This document shows, one piece after another, positions 25,489 to 36,342 of a DNA stretch of 64,000 nucleotides. Within the stretch, counting starts at the first letter, position 1. Every line of letters begins with the position of its first letter. The stretch is from an uncultured archaeon (GTDB lineage: Archaea > Asgardarchaeota > Lokiarchaeia > Sigyniarchaeales > SOKP01), in contig CAZWEM010000007.1 in the NCBI GenBank assembly GCA_964632315.1, positions 48,571 through 112,570 of the forward strand, read 5' to 3'. The position numbers and the translations under genes were made by a program. Under the pieces are notes generated by a model. The model was not told the DNA's origin. It saw nothing but the letters and a program-made list of their open reading frames with translations, and searched no databases.

Positions 25489-27708
25489 GTGGATAGGAAT
25501 GTAAATTTTAAAAATGATCCATCAGAATTGAGAGTTAAGGATGCATTTAAAGAAGACGCGGGAAAGGGAATTGTAAGAATAGATACGTCCATCATGCAGG
25601 AATTGAATTTAAAAGCTGGTGATGTCATAGAGATTGTACACCCCCATGTTAATAAAAAAACTGTAGCCTTGGTGAGTCCTGGAAAGGAGGAGGAAAAGGA
25701 AAAAAATATTATCCGCATTGATCCTTCTATAAGAAGAAATTTGGGGTCTTCTATTGATGATATAATCAAAATACGCAAAATTGAAGCAAGTATTGCTAAT
25801 AGTGTAATATTTACTGGAGTTGATGACTCTTTGATACTGAGGAATACTCAACAACTCGCAAGAAGATTAGAAAATAGAGTTGTAACAAAGGGAGATATTT
25901 TAAGTTTTTATACCTATGGTAAAAGAATTGATTTGGTAGTTCTTGATTTCACGCCTAAATCAGAAGCTGTTCGAATTTTTTTAACTACAAAATTTGAACT
26001 TACTGATCATGTTCAAGTTCAAAAAGAATATAAAAAAATAGAAACAGGACATATAACATATGAAGATATTGGCGGATTAGATGAGACAATACAGAAAATT
26101 CGGGAGATGATTGAAGTCCCTATTAGGCATCCTGAATTATTCAAAAGAATAGGAGTTTCAGCTCCTAAAGGAGTATTATTATATGGTCCTCCAGGAACGG
26201 GAAAAACTTTATTAGCTAGAGCTGTAGCTTATGAAACAGACGCTCATTTCTTTACTATTAGTGGCCCAGAAATAATGAGTAAATTTTACGGGCAGAGTGA
26301 AGAAAACCTAAGGAAAATATTTGATGAAGCGAAGGAAAAAGCACCAGCTATCATTTTTCTTGATGAAATGGATTCGATCGCTCCTAAACGTGGTGAAACT
26401 GGAGAAGTAGAAAGAAGAGTGGTTGCTCAACTGCTAGCTTTAATGGATGGCTTAGAAAGTAGAGGGGAAATCATTGTAATGGGTGCAACAAATCGCGTGA
26501 ATGATATTGATGAAGCTTTAAGGAGGCCTGGTAGATTTGATAGAGAAATTGAAATAATAGTGCCCGATTCAAAGGGTAGATATGAAGTATTGCAAATTCA
26601 TACAAGAGGCATGCCTTTAGATAATGACGTCGATTTAAGATTTATTGCTGAAAAAACACATGGTTTTGTAGGAGCAGATATCGAACTTTTAGCAAAAGAA
26701 GTTGCGATTTTAGCTATTCGAGACTTTTTGCCTAATGTTGATTTAGAAAAAGCAATTCCTCCAGACGTTCTCAGTAATATTAAGATAAAGATGAAACATT
26801 TTCTTCAAGCCCTTACCACGATTCAGCCTTCTGCTTTAAGGGAAGTTTTAATATCTACTCCAACTGAAACGTGGGAGGATATTGGGGGATTAGAAGATGC
26901 TATACTTCAATTAAAGGAAGTAGTAGAATGGCCATTGAAATATCCAAAGTTGTATAAACGGATGGATTCTGAACCTCCTAACGGAATATTATTATATGGT
27001 CCACCCGGAACCGGTAAGACCTTGATTGCAAGAGCTTTAGCACACGAGAGTGAGGCAAACTTTATTTCCATAAAAGGTCCAGAAATTTTATCAAAATGGG
27101 TGGGAGAAAGTGAAAAAGCAATTAGAGAAACTTTTAGAAAAGCGAGATCTACCACTCCGTGTATAATATTTTTTGATGAAATTGATGCGATAGCTAGCGC
27201 TAGAGGGCGATATGCACAGAACCAAACGATAGAAAATGTAGTTTCACAATTACTCACAGAAATGGATGGTTTAGAGGATGTAAAAGGCATAATATTATTA
27301 GCTGCAACTAATAGACCAGACATGTTAGACACCGCTCTTTTACGTTCAGGAAGATTTGGAAGGCATATAGAGATTTCTTTACCTGACTTGTCTGCAAGGA
27401 AAGATATTTTAAACATTCATTTTAAAGATAAACCTATATCAAATGAGGTAGACTTGAATCAAGTTGCTGAGATATTGAGTGGATTTTCCGGGGCAGACAT
27501 TAAAGCATTATGCCAAGAAGCTATATTACTGACTATTAGAAAGGCTATAAAAGGTGATATTGATGATGAAGATGAGCATTCTTTAGCTAACGTCCTTATT
27601 ACCGAAAATGAGATAAACGAAGCATTTCATAAAGTTGGAAAATCTATTGCCAGAGCTAAAAAAACATATGAAAAAGAAAAACTGAACTCTGAAAGGATAT
27701 ATTTATAG
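25489..27708 (+). CDS. cdc48: CDC48/p97/VAT AAA+ ATPase
   Basis: N domain, two AAA modules (GPPGTGKT x2; FLDEMD and FFDEID; RRPGRFDR and RSGRFGR), C-terminal IYL (HbYX). Confidence 0.96.
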   Translation: MDRNVNFKNDPSELRVKDAFKEDAGKGIVRIDTSIMQELNLKAGDVIEIVHPHVNKKTVALVSPGKEEEKEKNIIRIDPSIRRNLGSSIDDIIKIRKIEASIANSVIFTGVDDSLILRNTQQLARRLENRVVTKGDILSFYTYGKRIDLVVLDFTPKSEAVRIFLTTKFELTDHVQVQKEYKKIETGHITYEDIGGLDETIQKIREMIEVPIRHPELFKRIGVSAPKGVLLYGPPGTGKTLLARAVAYETDAHFFTISGPEIMSKFYGQSEENLRKIFDEAKEKAPAIIFLDEMDSIAPKRGETGEVERRVVAQLLALMDGLESRGEIIVMGATNRVNDIDEALRRPGRFDREIEIIVPDSKGRYEVLQIHTRGMPLDNDVDLRFIAEKTHGFVGADIELLAKEVAILAIRDFLPNVDLEKAIPPDVLSNIKIKMKHFLQALTTIQPSALREVLISTPTETWEDIGGLEDAILQLKEVVEWPLKYPKLYKRMDSEPPNGILLYGPPGTGKTLIARALAHESEANFISIKGPEILSKWVGESEKAIRETFRKARSTTPCIIFFDEIDAIASARGRYAQNQTIENVVSQLLTEMDGLEDVKGIILLAATNRPDMLDTALLRSGRFGRHIEISLPDLSARKDILNIHFKDKPISNEVDLNQVAEILSGFSGADIKALCQEAILLTIRKAIKGDIDDEDEHSLANVLITENEINEAFHKVGKSIARAKKTYEKEKLNSERIYL

Positions 27709-27894
27709 ATCCTTTCCATTTTTTTTATTTTGTAAAGAAAATACAGGTTTTCATTTATGAAAAAAAAAAATCTCAAAACAAAAATTTGATTAAAAAAATT
27801 ATCAAAAACTCCAAAATTTCTCTTATCAAATTTTTTATATTGGAATTGGATTATTTATCATTTAGTAATAACAAAATAAAAAAGTGATTGAAAA

Positions 27895-28113
27895 ATGACT
27901 ACGACTATTCAAGTTTTTAAGAAAGATTTTCATAATGATCAAGTTGCTAATAGGAGCTTTTTTGAAGAAATGAAAAAAGGATGGGAGTGGTTCGAAAATG
28001 ATCAAGAACTTCAGAGATTACAAGAATTTAAAAAGGCTTATGAAGAAGAAGTTGATAAAGATTCATTTAATGCCCAAATGTTGGCAACTTATATAGATTT
28101 ACTCGAAAAATAA
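27895..28113 (+). CDS. Small hypothetical protein
   Basis: 72 aa ORF with upstream AGTGAT and a T-rich tract after the stop. Confidence 0.6.
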   Translation: MTTTIQVFKKDFHNDQVANRSFFEEMKKGWEWFENDQELQRLQEFKKAYEEEVDKDSFNAQMLATYIDLLEK

Positions 28114-28230
28114 TTAAAATTATTTTTTCCCTCTTATTTTTCTCGCATTAGACATTTTGCAATCATAAAAAGAGTTCTTAAAATATAGGTTATTATTACT
28201 TTATAGTTCAACAATGGATGAGATGCAAAA

Positions 28231-29220
28231 ATGGTCAGAATTCTAACTAAGCAAGATGTTTTTGAGTTGTTATCGATGAATGATGCCTTAAAATATGTTG
28301 AAGAGGCATATAAACAACTTACACTAGGAAAAGCGATTGTTCCTCAGAGAATCGCTATAACAGATCCAGCTCCTGGTTTAACTTTAATCATGCCGGGAAT
28401 AATTGGTGGAGAAATGAATGCTTTGGCAACAAAAATTGTATCAGTATACAAACAAAATCCTGAAAAATACAATATGCCAACTGTTTTGGCTAAAATAATG
28501 GTTCAAGACATAAACACAGGAGATATTGTCGGGATAATGGATGGGAGTCTAATTACTGCAATGAGAACTGGCGCTGCTACAGGAGTTTCTGTGAAGTACT
28601 TAGCTCGCAAGAATAGTAAAACTATGGGTATATATAGTGCTGGAGTACAAGCAAGAAAACAAGTTGTGGGTGTTTATTGGGGTTTAAATAAGAAATTAGA
28701 AAAATGCAAAGTCTATGATTTAAAAAGAGAGACAGCTTTAGAATTCAAGAAAGAACTTGAAAAAGAGTTAGGAATTGAAATAGAAATAGTCAACTCTGGT
28801 GATGATGTACTTAGAGATACAGACATTATAGTTGCTGCTACAACTAGTACTACTCCCTTATTTGATGGAAATAAGGTTCGTGAGGGGACTCATATTTCAT
28901 CAATCGGAGCTCATGCTGCAGAAATAAGGGAATTAGATTCGACTATTATAAAACGAGCAAGCGTCTTAGTAGCTGGCTTAAAAGAAGCCTGTTTAGCAGA
29001 AGCGGGAGATTATATAATTCCTATTAATGAAGGGATTATTATGTCTGATAAAGTAGTTTCGATTGGGGATATTATAACGGGAAAAGCCACAGGCCGCGGA
29101 AAAGAATCGGATATCACGATATTCAAATCAGTGGGAATTAGTGCTCAAGATGTTGCCACGGCTAAGCTTGTTTATGACAGAGCAATCGAACAAGGAATAG
29201 GACAAGATATTAATTTTTAA
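28231..29220 (+). CDS. Archaeal alanine dehydrogenase / ornithine cyclodeaminase / mu-crystallin family
   Basis: ATKIVSV, TAMRTGAA, HISSIGA, FKSVGISAQD. Confidence 0.9.
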   Translation: MVRILTKQDVFELLSMNDALKYVEEAYKQLTLGKAIVPQRIAITDPAPGLTLIMPGIIGGEMNALATKIVSVYKQNPEKYNMPTVLAKIMVQDINTGDIVGIMDGSLITAMRTGAATGVSVKYLARKNSKTMGIYSAGVQARKQVVGVYWGLNKKLEKCKVYDLKRETALEFKKELEKELGIEIEIVNSGDDVLRDTDIIVAATTSTTPLFDGNKVREGTHISSIGAHAAEIRELDSTIIKRASVLVAGLKEACLAEAGDYIIPINEGIIMSDKVVSIGDIITGKATGRGKESDITIFKSVGISAQDVATAKLVYDRAIEQGIGQDINF

Positions 29221-29284
29221 TTTATTTTTTCACACTTTATCATAATTAAGTCAAGAGAAAGGGAATTCTATGTTTTCCGATCAG

Positions 29285-31423
29285 TTAATCCTTTAAAATT
29301 TGGTAAGCTACTATTGAGAATATGCCAGGAATGCTAAAACCAAGGATTAGAGTCAACCAATCAGGGAATTTGAATGACATCGCTCCCAAAAAATCAAGAA
29401 CTAGGCTCCCTAATGTAAAAACGCCAAGCATTGTGAGAAATAATTCAACTCTCCTACTCCTCCTAGCAGATTCAATCTCATCTAATTGACTTATTAAATC
29501 TCGTAAATTTTCCATTTTTGAGGTTGCTGCTTCAAGGATTTCATCAGTTCTCCATGATTTTCTTATCCTTTCAATAAATGTCATGCTATAATAAGTAGAG
29601 GTCACATTCCTAGACTTATGAGTGTCTAATACTAAAATTATGTGATTCAACAAAGCATTTACAGCATAAACATCTCTATATCCTTCAGTTCTTTTATGTT
29701 TCAAGTGAGAAGTCACTACATTTAACAAGAGATAAAATCCTCTATCTAATTCCCAAACTATTTTCCAAGTATAATGTTGAATCGCGATCCATTGAACCCA
29801 ATCTTCATTAGCAATAAGCTTTGGTGATCTATTCTGTATATCTGGAACATTTGGCAAACAGATCAATGAATCTCCTGATTCAACATACGCAAACACTTTA
29901 GGAAATATCGAATAATTGTAAATTCCATCTTGGTTGAGGTTCAAGAGGGTTTCCTGAAAATGATTAGATTCAAGATCAAAATCATTTGGCATAATTGCAA
30001 CTAACGTACTGTGAGTCCAAAATAATTGTGTAGTGATTTCTTCAGATAATTGAGTAAAATCTAAAATTGGGGTCTTAAGAATTGGTGGCTTTATATCTTT
30101 TACAACTTTTGTCAAGATAGAGTTTATTTCAATGATTATCGGTGCGAAAATTGATTCCATATCTATCCCAAACTCTGTTAAAAGATGCGAATGCCGCTGT
30201 ATAAAAAACCTTACTCTTTTTATTACTGCACTATCTTGCCAAGATTCGGGAGGAATATAAACTATAAAGTGAAGAATTGCACAATTAAAGTGATATATAT
30301 TAATATAAATCTCATCTAATCTAACATCAATATATTTGTTATCATTAATCCTTATATTAAATTCCCTTATTGGTAATGCATTTGTCACGTCAACACTGAG
30401 AAATGTCCCAACTTTAGGTGGAGAATAATTATCTACCGCTCCAGAAGCTAGAACTCCAGCACCCTCATCAGACCAATCAAATTTATCATGATTTTTTGTT
30501 AAATATTCGAGAATTATTTTACGATATTTTTTTTCATCAGCGATTGTATCAAAATCGAATATATAATCTGGACTAAATACGCCCGTTCCATAAAAGTAAA
30601 GTTCTTCAGCTTTAGGTAAATCCTGTGAATAATTGGTTGGTTCTTGTTCTTTATTGACACTAGCTATAATTCTAACTCCAAATTTAAATCCCTCGTCAAT
30701 CATTTTCAAAAGCATATTATGCCATTTATCTGGAACTTTTAGCTTTTGATGATAAATTTTTTCCATTCCACGCATATGTTTAAAATAGATTTCACTAAGA
30801 TCTTCAAAAATGATATTAGAAAAACCAGCATCTTTTAGATCTTGAATAAAGTCATACACCGAGATCCTAATCATCTCTGGAGATCCAACTTCACGGTTGA
30901 CCTTTTCAAATTGCTTGATCTTCTCTTTAGGTACATTAGAGAATGGAATCCATAATTGAAATCCTAACCTTCCATGATTTTTCAGGACTCGTCTAATTTC
31001 CTTAAAAATTGTCTTTCTATTTTTATGTGCTAATCCATCAGGATCTTGCCCATAAACTACGTCAAAGGAAGAATCGTGGTAAGGTAAATCAAATACATCA
31101 CCAACTTTAAAATCTACCAAATCGGAGACTTCTTGAGATTTTGCTTTTTCCTTCGCGGCTGAAATAGCCTTGTCTAGTATATCTATTCCACTGACCTTAA
31201 GACTATACTCTTTTGCTAGCCAACACGCAGTGCTACCTTCACCACAGCATACATCAAGTACTTTTTGAGAATTCGATAATTCTAATCTTTTAACAAGATC
31301 AAAAGTAGCCTTCCAACCACCGAAATGCAACTGTTCACGTGGCTCAGGCCAAAATTCAGCAAGTCGTTCGATAATGGTCTTATCAACAGTTCCGCTTGGT
31401 AATTCTTTTTTAGGTTTTTTCAA
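29285..31423 (-). CDS. Class I SAM-dependent methyltransferase fused to a large domain ending in a coiled coil plus 2 TM (CorA-like)
   Basis: LHFGG...VLDVCCGEG...GID...LPYHDSSFDVV...RVLKNHG in aa 1-255; C-terminal stalk helix then two TM helices. Confidence 0.75.
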   Translation of the reverse strand: MKKPKKELPSGTVDKTIIERLAEFWPEPREQLHFGGWKATFDLVKRLELSNSQKVLDVCCGEGSTACWLAKEYSLKVSGIDILDKAISAAKEKAKSQEVSDLVDFKVGDVFDLPYHDSSFDVVYGQDPDGLAHKNRKTIFKEIRRVLKNHGRLGFQLWIPFSNVPKEKIKQFEKVNREVGSPEMIRISVYDFIQDLKDAGFSNIIFEDLSEIYFKHMRGMEKIYHQKLKVPDKWHNMLLKMIDEGFKFGVRIIASVNKEQEPTNYSQDLPKAEELYFYGTGVFSPDYIFDFDTIADEKKYRKIILEYLTKNHDKFDWSDEGAGVLASGAVDNYSPPKVGTFLSVDVTNALPIREFNIRINDNKYIDVRLDEIYINIYHFNCAILHFIVYIPPESWQDSAVIKRVRFFIQRHSHLLTEFGIDMESIFAPIIIEINSILTKVVKDIKPPILKTPILDFTQLSEEITTQLFWTHSTLVAIMPNDFDLESNHFQETLLNLNQDGIYNYSIFPKVFAYVESGDSLICLPNVPDIQNRSPKLIANEDWVQWIAIQHYTWKIVWELDRGFYLLLNVVTSHLKHKRTEGYRDVYAVNALLNHIILVLDTHKSRNVTSTYYSMTFIERIRKSWRTDEILEAATSKMENLRDLISQLDEIESARRSRRVELFLTMLGVFTLGSLVLDFLGAMSFKFPDWLTLILGFSIPGIFSIVAYQILKD

Positions 31424-31630
31424 GAATTATTACCCTTTTAAGTTAAATACTCTTAGATTGCATTTTAAATAAATGCACCTCTTATAATAGGCTCCAGTTA
31501 TACAGAAACGAAACTGAATCGATCTTTTAATGTATTTACTTGTGAAAATGCAAATTTAGAATCTAATAAATTGGACCTTTTTTCCTTCCAGTTTCCTTTA
31601 ATTTTCTGACCCGCTGACTCAACGCGCGTT

Positions 31631-32104
31631 TTAAATTTTTGAATTAAATTGATAATCTTTTATTTTACCATGAATCTCGATTTTATTATATTTAGATCTT
31701 GTAGATTGAAAATGGACAATGACCGGTGTTTCTTTTAGCAATGGAAAGTGATCAAATAATTCAGAATCTCCATAGATAATAGCGTCTAATACCATAGGTA
31801 AGTGATAACGGAAAATTTTGTCTCGCATTGCTGCCCATCCAAATATAAATCCCCCACTTACATGTAAGTATACATGAAGCTCTTTTCTATCACCATTAAG
31901 AATCCATTCCGCTAAAACTTCATCACGCATAAAGCGAGTATAAAAAGAGGAAATTTGCTTAATATCATAATCACAATCAATTTTTAAAAATAATTCGCCT
32001 GTAGAGTCAGAATGTGTAAGTGTATAGCGTCGAGGTATAAAGTCATCACTAATTCTGCATGAGTTTCCATAAGAACAATGCAGTTTATTTGGATTAAAAC
32101 TCAT
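31631..32104 (-). CDS. Staygreen (SGR, Mg-dechelatase) family protein
   Basis: PRRYTLTHSDSTGELFLKI, RDEVLAEW, LHVYLHVSG, LDAIIYGD, VHFQS. Confidence 0.88.
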   Translation of the reverse strand: MSFNPNKLHCSYGNSCRISDDFIPRRYTLTHSDSTGELFLKIDCDYDIKQISSFYTRFMRDEVLAEWILNGDRKELHVYLHVSGGFIFGWAAMRDKIFRYHLPMVLDAIIYGDSELFDHFPLLKETPVIVHFQSTRSKYNKIEIHGKIKDYQFNSKI

Positions 32105-32243
32105 TAGAACTCCCTCTTGAAGTAATTTGAATTAGATACTTCATTATTAGTAAGAAAAATAATGATATAATCTATAATTGATCATAATCTTATGTGATGT
32201 ATTACTTGAAAAATAATAAAAATAAACCTATTATGATCTAAAT

Positions 32244-32699
32244 GTGAGAATTATGATAGAAGAGAACTTATTAAAATCCATAAAGCAACTATTTAACTCT
32301 CAAATTTTAGCTATTTTAGCAACCAATATGAAAGGAATGCCCTATACTTCATTGGTTGCATTTGTAGCTACAGATGATTTGAAAGAAATAATATTTGCAA
32401 CTTTTAAAGGTACAAAAAAACATGATAATCTCTTAAATGAACCAAGAGTATCGATTCTCATTGATAATAGAAAAAATCAAACTTCTGATTTTCAAGATGC
32501 TATAGCAGTTTCCGCAAGAGGGCTGGGAATGATCATAACCAGTCAGAGAGAAAAATATCAATCTTTATACTTGAAAAAACATCCCTCTCTTTTTGAATTC
32601 ATTACATCTCCTAAATGTGATCTGATTAGAATAAAAGTGAGTGAATATCAATATGTTAGCAAATTTGAAAACATTAAAATATTAATTTTTAAACCTTAA
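32244..32699 (+). CDS. Pyridoxamine 5'-phosphate oxidase-like split-barrel flavin/heme-binding protein
   Basis: ILAT...PYTSLVAF...FAT...TKKHDNL...PRVSILID. Confidence 0.85.
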   Translation: MRIMIEENLLKSIKQLFNSQILAILATNMKGMPYTSLVAFVATDDLKEIIFATFKGTKKHDNLLNEPRVSILIDNRKNQTSDFQDAIAVSARGLGMIITSQREKYQSLYLKKHPSLFEFITSPKCDLIRIKVSEYQYVSKFENIKILIFKP

Positions 32700-32981
32700 A
32701 ATAAGCACAAAAAAGTTCAAGAAGTAATTTATTTTAATTCAATCTTAGTGCTTTTAATCGAATAGAGTTATATAAAATTATATTAAGTCTTTTAAGATCA
32801 ATCTGAAGCAACTTCTAAGCAAAGATAAAATAATTGCAATGAAAAAAGAAATCGGTGAAGATACTAAATTTATAATTTATATTTTTTTGTGTACGAAACT
32901 TTAGTTCATCTAATTAAGTTTGCTTGAAAAGTTATAATCTAAATAGATTTTTTTTATATTTCCAAGAATATCATAATTCTT

Positions 32982-33818
32982 ATGAATTCTACAACAAAAG
33001 AAGAAGAATGGTTAATTCCAAAATCAGATATTACCTTTGATTATCTTAAAAAATTTAACCGAAACGCCATGATCTTACATTTAGTCCAAGGCTTACTGAT
33101 GGTTTTCTTTGGGTTCTTACCTTTCCTCGATTTTTCTGTGAATATTTATACTTTTTACTTAAAATTTGATATTGGTCCACCTCCAACTTTAGCACCTAAT
33201 CCAGAGGTACTTTTTACATTCACTGCTTTAGGAGCGTTTGTAGGAACATTTCTCTTGTTATCTGCTATAGCGCATTTTCTTATCGCTTATCCATTAAATA
33301 AAAAATACGTTAGAGACTTAAAGAAAGGAATAAATAGAGTAAGATGGTTTGAATATGCTCTCTCAAGTTCTATAATGATCGTGTTAATCGCTTTATTCTT
33401 TGGAGTATTAGATTTCTGGGCTTTATTTATGATTTTTATATCAAATGCTCTCATGAATATGTTCGGTTTAATGATGGAGCTTCAAAACGTGTATACTAGA
33501 AAATTAAAAGAAAAAGTAAGATGGACAGCTTATTACTTAGGAGTGGTGGCTGGTGCAGTACCTTGGATCGTTATTACAGCCTATTTCATCAATACAAGTG
33601 TAGCAGGAGGAGAAATTCCTGATTTTGTATATTGGATATATGCAATTGAATTGTTTTTCTTTAATACCTTTGCAATCAACATGATCCTTCAATATAAGGG
33701 CGTAGGAAAGTGGAAAGACTACTTGTATGGTGAAAGGGTATACATTATACTAAGTTTTGTCTCAAAAACATTTCTGGCATGGTTAGTATTCGGAGGAGTT
33801 TTCTCTCCAACTGGATAA
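32982..33818 (+). CDS. heR: Heliorhodopsin
   Basis: LHLVQG, AHF, NRVRWFEYALSSS (counterion Glu), GERVYIILSFVSKTFLAW (retinal Lys); 7 TM. Confidence 0.93.
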   Translation: MNSTTKEEEWLIPKSDITFDYLKKFNRNAMILHLVQGLLMVFFGFLPFLDFSVNIYTFYLKFDIGPPPTLAPNPEVLFTFTALGAFVGTFLLLSAIAHFLIAYPLNKKYVRDLKKGINRVRWFEYALSSSIMIVLIALFFGVLDFWALFMIFISNALMNMFGLMMELQNVYTRKLKEKVRWTAYYLGVVAGAVPWIVITAYFINTSVAGGEIPDFVYWIYAIELFFFNTFAINMILQYKGVGKWKDYLYGERVYIILSFVSKTFLAWLVFGGVFSPTG

Positions 33819-33860
33819 AAACGATTTTTGATTTTTTTTTTATTTTAATTTTTTAAAGAG

Positions 33861-34886
33861 ATGAAATTTATGAAATTAAATGAAGAAAGAGTAGATTATT
33901 TGGCAGATAATCTAAAAATTCATAAAATTTTGAATGGGATGTGGCAAGTTTCAGGAGGCCATGGGCAAATTGATTTTAAAAATGCCATCGAAAGTATGGA
34001 ATTCCATGTGAAGAAGGGATTTATTTCTTGGGATCTAGCAGATCATTATGGTCCTGCTGAAGATCTGGTCAAAATTTTTCGCGAGAAACTTCAATTTGAT
34101 GGAAATGAAGGATTACTTAAAGATATACAATTTTTTACAAAATGGGTTCCAAGACCTCAAAATATTACTCGAAAGATTGTAAAGAGAGCGATAGATATAT
34201 CACGTAAAAGAATGGGAATGGAATCCTTAGATATGGTACAATTCCATTGGTGGGATTATGATGATAAAAATTATCTTAAAGCAATAGAATATCTGGATGA
34301 TCTTCGTGAAGAAGGAATAATAAAATATCTAGGGTTAACGAATTTTGATACCCGGCATTTAAAAGAATTAGTGGATATGGGTTTTAAGATTATTTCAAAT
34401 CAAGTTCAGTATTCTCTCATTGATCGACGACCAGAGAAAAAGATGTGCCAATTTTGTGAAAAGAACGGTATAAAATTACTTGCTTATGGTACATTAGGAG
34501 GGGGTTTATTAAGTGAACGGTACTTGGATCAGCCAGAACCACATGGAAGTCAGTTATATACAACCTCACTTCAGAAATACAAACGTATGGTTGATCTATG
34601 GGGAAACTGGAGTCTCTTTCAGCAATTATTAAAGGTTTTATATGGTATTAGTAAAAAATATAGCGTAAGTATTGCAAATGTAGCCGTTAGATACATCCTT
34701 GAGAATTTGATTGTTGGTGGAGCAATTATTGGAGTTAGATTAGGGATTTCTGAAAATGTAGAGGACAATTTGAATGTGTTTAAATTTACTTTAGAGAATG
34801 ATGATTTAAACAAGATAAATGAGATTTCAGAAAAATCAAATGATCTTTTTAGCATAATAGGAGATTGCGGAGATGAATACAGATGA
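33861..34886 (+). CDS. Aldo/keto reductase
   Basis: GMWQVSGGHG, DLADHYG, TKW, QFHWW, SNQVQYS. Confidence 0.9.
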   Translation: MKFMKLNEERVDYLADNLKIHKILNGMWQVSGGHGQIDFKNAIESMEFHVKKGFISWDLADHYGPAEDLVKIFREKLQFDGNEGLLKDIQFFTKWVPRPQNITRKIVKRAIDISRKRMGMESLDMVQFHWWDYDDKNYLKAIEYLDDLREEGIIKYLGLTNFDTRHLKELVDMGFKIISNQVQYSLIDRRPEKKMCQFCEKNGIKLLAYGTLGGGLLSERYLDQPEPHGSQLYTTSLQKYKRMVDLWGNWSLFQQLLKVLYGISKKYSVSIANVAVRYILENLIVGGAIIGVRLGISENVEDNLNVFKFTLENDDLNKINEISEKSNDLFSIIGDCGDEYR

Positions 34887-35782
34887 AATTGAAAGTATTC
34901 CCCAAAAATATTCCTGAATTAAAAGAAATGAAAATTGTGTTAGAAAATTATCATGATTTACATTATCATGAGAATATATATAAGAATGCCTTACAAATCA
35001 TTACTTCTATAAGTCAAGTTGAAGCTGTTTTCATTTTGGGTTCTATTGCGAATGGAACAGCAGACTTCTTTTCAGATATCGATTTTTACGTAATGTGTAT
35101 TGAAGAAGAAGATATTAAAACAATCCAAGATCAGATATTATCAAAATTAAATCAAATCGGCCCAATAATTCACATTTACCAATCTAATGCAAAACCTAAT
35201 GACTTAATTATTTATTTCAAACCATTTATTAAGTTTGAGCTCGTAATTGATACAAACAAAAATTTATCTAATAACTGGAAACTTGGAAATAGTTCTAAAA
35301 CCCTATTTGATCGCAATGGTCTTGGAAAAAGAACTTTACAAGATGCTCAAAAGTTAAATTTCAATTTTTTAGACCACATTAATGAGATCACAAATTTAGC
35401 AATTGAACTTCCCAGCTTCTGCTATATTATTTGTGGTTATTTAATGAGAGGGGAATATGTTACGTCTATTGATTTCATATCTTGGATTCGGAGAAAAATG
35501 CTACGAGTGAGTGGGTTTCTTTTAGGGATCAGAGATGAAGGTACAAGAAGAGCAGAAGAACGATTTCGACCAGAATTAATTGATTATTATAGTAATTTAT
35601 TGGTTAGTAATTTCGATGAAATATGGGATAAACTCCATATCATATTAAATTGGTATTCTGATTGGATGGTTCCTTTTTTTAATGAAAATAATATCAAACA
35701 TGCTGAAAAAGAGGTAGTGTTAATCAGAAACATTATTAATATCTTAAAAATAAGACATGAAAGACTTAAGGAGGAGGCATAA
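34883..35782 (+). CDS. DNA polymerase beta-superfamily nucleotidyltransferase (aminoglycoside/lincosamide adenylyltransferase-like)
   Basis: GSIANGTADFFSDIDF (GS...DxD) plus helical C-terminal domain; ATGA overlap with the AKR gene. Confidence 0.8.
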   Translation: MKLKVFPKNIPELKEMKIVLENYHDLHYHENIYKNALQIITSISQVEAVFILGSIANGTADFFSDIDFYVMCIEEEDIKTIQDQILSKLNQIGPIIHIYQSNAKPNDLIIYFKPFIKFELVIDTNKNLSNNWKLGNSSKTLFDRNGLGKRTLQDAQKLNFNFLDHINEITNLAIELPSFCYIICGYLMRGEYVTSIDFISWIRRKMLRVSGFLLGIRDEGTRRAEERFRPELIDYYSNLLVSNFDEIWDKLHIILNWYSDWMVPFFNENNIKHAEKEVVLIRNIINILKIRHERLKEEA

Positions 35783-35783
35783 T

Positions 35784-36329
35784 ATGGATTGGTTTAGTGC
35801 AGATTATCATTTATCTCATAAAAATATCATTAGGTATGTTGACAGAAAATTTAATAGTGTTGGAGAAATGGATGAACTAATTCTCTCAAATTTAGATTCT
35901 CATCTTGATCCCGGTGATTCATTTTATTTTCTTGGAGATTTAACCTTCAAGGAAGAAGTCGCAAAAAAATTCTTTAAGCAATTCAAACATGTGAACATCC
36001 ATTATATAATTGGGAACCATGATAATAAAAAAGTTTTAAAAGTTGCTGAAAAGTATAGTAGCTCTATAGCATATATTAAAGATATAAAAATAGAGGGGAT
36101 TAATATCACTTTATGCCATTATGCTATGAGAGTTTGGAATTTAAGCCATTTTAACGCATGGCAACTTTTTGGTCACTCACATGGAACTCTTAAACCAATA
36201 GGTAAGCAATATGATGTAGGGGTAGATAGTAATGATTTTAAACCCGTTTCTTTCGAGGATTTAAAAAAAATAATGGAATATGCTGGAAATAATGAAAATT
36301 ACTTGCCCCCTGAAAAAAGAAGATCATAA
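35784..36329 (+). CDS. Calcineurin-like metallophosphoesterase
   Basis: DYH, LGD, GNHD, CHY, GHSH; ATG at 35784 after a GGAGG SD, 1 nt after the upstream stop. Confidence 0.88.
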   Translation: MDWFSADYHLSHKNIIRYVDRKFNSVGEMDELILSNLDSHLDPGDSFYFLGDLTFKEEVAKKFFKQFKHVNIHYIIGNHDNKKVLKVAEKYSSSIAYIKDIKIEGINITLCHYAMRVWNLSHFNAWQLFGHSHGTLKPIGKQYDVGVDSNDFKPVSFEDLKKIMEYAGNNENYLPPEKRRS

Positions 36330-36342
36330 TAAAGGTTATTAA

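Noticed and set aside
31430-31630. Slightly GC-richer spacer (CTGACCCGCTGACTCAACGCGCG) as an ncRNA or tRNA fragment
   Set aside because: No cloverleaf or convincing stem could be built by eye
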